Notes under the pieces: model-generated | Told to the model about the DNA's origin: nothing | The model's database searches: none | Seen by the model: only the letters and a program-made list of their open reading frames with translations | Assembly: GCA_016215715.1 (NCBI GenBank) | Contig: JACRIG010000072.1 | Coordinates: forward strand, 1-25,757 | Reading direction: 5' to 3' | Origin: Candidatus Peregrinibacteria bacterium | Lineage (GTDB): Bacteria; Patescibacteriota; Gracilibacteria; Peribacterales; Peribacteraceae | DNA: 25,757 nucleotides | In this document: piece by piece, positions 23,098 to 25,757 of the stretch | How positions within the stretch are numbered: position 1 is the first letter of the stretch | How the letters are laid out: the number at the start of each line of letters is the position of its first letter | Made by a program: the position numbers and the translations under genes

Positions 23098-25757
23098 ATG
23101 ACACTTCTCCCGCAGGACATCGGCAATATGGATGATCTGCGGCGGCAGAAGGAACGGATGTCCGGAGCCGCGGCACCGGAAGCGACGACCGAAGAAAAAA
23201 CGGCATATATCAGGACGATCCTTGCGCGTCTGAATTACGATCATCTGTCGCGGGCTGACAAAGGTCTCGTGCGGCATTTTTTGCAGACTGCAACCGGCTA
23301 CTCGCGCGCGCACGTGCAGCGGCAGATCGAGCAGTACCATCATCTGTCTGCAGAGAGCGATGTCGTCTCCGCTCTTTCTCCCGCGCGTACCTTTGTCATA
23401 CCACGCCTATCGCACCGGCATGCATCACTCATACTCACACTCGCGGCGCTTGCGATCGCCGGTTCTGCGACGCATCGTCTGCCCGCGGCTCTCACGGCGC
23501 GCGTCTGGAGCAGCGGCTCCGCGGCTGTCCGTTTCCATCTTGCGAAAACAGTCGTTCCCGTTGCCGCGTCGCAGTCGGGGATTACGACGGATATGATCCT
23601 TTCGGCCCGGGTACGCGAACGCCGACTGCAGCGACTGCAGGCCCGTGCTCATGACAATGACACTGCACCGTCCGGCGCGGTGACGGGGGGTTCATCGAAT
23701 CTGACGGCATCCCTTAACAGCGGGTTTGATACGCTTGCGACCGGGAAAGACGGGCAGGTGCTCATGGTGCAGAACGGCCGACCAATCTGGGTGACTCCTC
23801 CGTCCGCTCTGCGTCCCAGCGCCGGCATCGAGAATTCAGGAGCGGGACGGAGACCGGCGAGTGAAGGCGGGACGCGGACGTATGGAGGTGGCGGAGGAGG
23901 AGGTGGCGGCGGATCGACGACGATCACGAATATCACCAACGGGATCGTGCAGGCGGATGCCGACGGCCGGTACGTCAATGTCGGAGGGGATACGGTCGCC
24001 GGTCAACTGAGCATTGAAGCCAGCGGCATCGCGCTGCGCGTGACAGGGACAACTTCCGGAAAAATGCTGCATACGGAACAGGGCATCACGTCGTCCGGGG
24101 GATTGGTTCTTGAAGGAACCCTCAGTGGCGCCACCATCGGTGGCTTCGGCCTGCCGTCCGGCGGATGCACGGGCAGCGCCAACAAGCTCGTGTGGGATGC
24201 GTCGACGCAAAAGTTTGCCTGTGCCGCCGATCAGACGGTCGGATCGGGACTCTCGCAGACGACGGGTGATGAACGGTACCTGAAGCAGTCCGGCGGCACT
24301 CTCACCGGTGCCCTCACGGTCCGTGTTACCAGTGGTGTGTACTCGACACTCGGCCTCGAAGTGGAAAATACCCTCTCCGGTGCCGTCATCCGCGCATCGC
24401 AGACGCTCGCTTCTTCGGGAGGACTCGTGTTTGAAGGGGCGGGATCGGGCGCCTCCCTCACCGTCTCCACGGCCTTCGATGGAGCGGGCTTGAGTGATTG
24501 TGATACCGCCGGCACCAGCAAGCTCCTCTGGGACGCAACGACGAAACGTTTCAGCTGCGGCACGGATCAGAACAGCGGCGGCGGCACCACCTTCGGTTCC
24601 GGTCAGGTGCTCAACATCGGAGATGCACGGTACCTCAGACAATCCGGAGGAACACTCACCGGTGCACTGACCATCAATGTGACGAACGGCAATCGTGCAA
24701 CGCTGGATCTCGAAGTGACACATCTGCTTTCCGGCTCCGTCATCCGGGCGCAGGACACACTCGCTTCCAGCGGAACTTTGGTTTTCGAAGGCGCAGGTTC
24801 AGGAGCATCGCTCACGGTTTCCACGTCTCTCGAGGGAGCGGGTCTCACCGACTGTGATACCGCCGGCTCCAGCAAGCTCCTCTGGGACACCACCACCAAG
24901 CGGTTCAGCTGCGGAACCGACACTGACACCGATACCAACACCACCTACACCGCCGGACAGGGTCTCACCCTCACCGCCACCTCCTTCAAAGTGAATGCCA
25001 CGCTCACCGGTACCACGCTGAAGTTCGCCACCACCTCGGGCTCCATCATTCATGCCGACAACGAACTCCGCAGCTCCGGCACGCTCGTCATCAACGGTGC
25101 CGTGACCTTCAAGTCCACTCTTGCGGTCACCAGCACCAGCATCTTCAGTAACAACATCACGCTCCGCGGGCGTCTCTCCGGCTCCATCCTGCACGCCGAC
25201 AATCAGCTTCGGTCTTCCGGTTCCCTGATTGTAGAAGGCAACATGTCGGGAGCGACACTTGAGGGCGCGAACCTTACGGACTGTGATACTGCGGGCACAT
25301 CCAAACTTCTCTGGGATGCGACAACCAAGAAGTTCAGCTGCGGCTCGGATCAGAACAGCGGCGGCGGTACCACCTTCGGTTCGGGGCAGGTCCTCTCGAT
25401 TGGTGACGCCCGCTACGTCAATACCTCCGGCGACACGATGACCGGAGCGCTGACCATCCGTGTCACCGGCGCCACCCGCATGTCGCTGGCTGCGGAAGTC
25501 GAAACCCTCCTCTCCGGCTCCATCCTCCGCGCGCAGGACACCCTCGCCTCTTCGGGCACCCTCGTCTTCGAGGGAGCAGGCTCCGGCTCCGTCCTCACGG
25601 TCAGCGGACAGTTCGATGGTGTGGGTCTCACCGACTGCGACGGTGCCACGCAGACACTCGCGTGGGACACCACCACCAAACGGTTCTCCTGCGGCACCGA
25701 CAGTGACACCACCTACACCGCCGGACAGGGCCTCACCCTCACCGCGACGGCCTTCTC
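23098..25757 (+). CDS. Giant Gly/Ser/Thr-rich tail-fibre/adhesin-like repeat protein (3'-truncated by the window, >886 aa) with N-terminal HTH-like segment and hydrophobic anchor; not in the ORF track
   Basis: Hand translation shows no stop from ATG 23098 (or 23128) to the window end. Poly-Gly 23884-23913; RYxxxxGxTxxGxL motifs at 23968, 24274, 24628, 25411; C...LxWD...F.C modules. Extended -10 TGc-TACAAT at 23039-23047. Confidence 0.9.
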   Translation, partial: MTLLPQDIGNMDDLRRQKERMSGAAAPEATTEEKTAYIRTILARLNYDHLSRADKGLVRHFLQTATGYSRAHVQRQIEQYHHLSAESDVVSALSPARTFVIPRLSHRHASLILTLAALAIAGSATHRLPAALTARVWSSGSAAVRFHLAKTVVPVAASQSGITTDMILSARVRERRLQRLQARAHDNDTAPSGAVTGGSSNLTASLNSGFDTLATGKDGQVLMVQNGRPIWVTPPSALRPSAGIENSGAGRRPASEGGTRTYGGGGGGGGGGSTTITNITNGIVQADADGRYVNVGGDTVAGQLSIEASGIALRVTGTTSGKMLHTEQGITSSGGLVLEGTLSGATIGGFGLPSGGCTGSANKLVWDASTQKFACAADQTVGSGLSQTTGDERYLKQSGGTLTGALTVRVTSGVYSTLGLEVENTLSGAVIRASQTLASSGGLVFEGAGSGASLTVSTAFDGAGLSDCDTAGTSKLLWDATTKRFSCGTDQNSGGGTTFGSGQVLNIGDARYLRQSGGTLTGALTINVTNGNRATLDLEVTHLLSGSVIRAQDTLASSGTLVFEGAGSGASLTVSTSLEGAGLTDCDTAGSSKLLWDTTTKRFSCGTDTDTDTNTTYTAGQGLTLTATSFKVNATLTGTTLKFATTSGSIIHADNELRSSGTLVINGAVTFKSTLAVTSTSIFSNNITLRGRLSGSILHADNQLRSSGSLIVEGNMSGATLEGANLTDCDTAGTSKLLWDATTKKFSCGSDQNSGGGTTFGSGQVLSIGDARYVNTSGDTMTGALTIRVTGATRMSLAAEVETLLSGSILRAQDTLASSGTLVFEGAGSGSVLTVSGQFDGVGLTDCDGATQTLAWDTTTKRFSCGTDSDTTYTAGQGLTLTATAF
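24166..25757 (+). repeat. Internal protein repeat modules with 354-nt and 783-nt periods
   Basis: First Cys of each module at 24166, 24499, 24853, 25282, 25636; TTYTAGQGLTLTA encoded almost identically at 24943 and 25708. Confidence 0.85.

Noticed and set aside
23649-25712. Multiple - strand ORFs (109-295 aa)
   Set aside because: Antisense shadows of the giant repeat protein

Overview
Bacterial chromosomal segment, most consistent with a high-GC Patescibacteria (CPR) genome resembling Ca. Peribacteria. This assignment is an inference from gene content, SD-less translation starts and the type of giant surface-repeat protein. The core is the distal spc/alpha ribosomal cluster (rplO-secY-adk-map-infA-rpmJ-rpsM-rpsK-rpsD-rpoA-rplQ-rplM-rpsI), with a RelE-type toxin-antitoxin pair inserted between secY and adk. 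Also present: tRNA-Thr(CGT), dprA, a DUF192 lipoprotein, rpe, rpiB, tpiA, two divergent GT-C membrane glycosyltransferases and an SLH+CAP protein. Most interesting accessory features: (1) a stand-alone EhpF/GriC-like adenylating enzyme plus EhpG/GriD-like reductase pair (two-component carboxylate reductase) behind a highly structured leader; (2) a >886-aa tail-fibre-like repeat protein, absent from the ORF track, whose N-terminus resembles an IS transposase HTH; (3) an Ig-like gene interrupted by one in-frame TGA; (4) heptamer-phased arrays that put TAA in all three frames between genes, with stop-free heptamers inside the L17 tail; (5) native genes look leaderless or SD-less, while four foreign-looking genes carry strong SD motifs.
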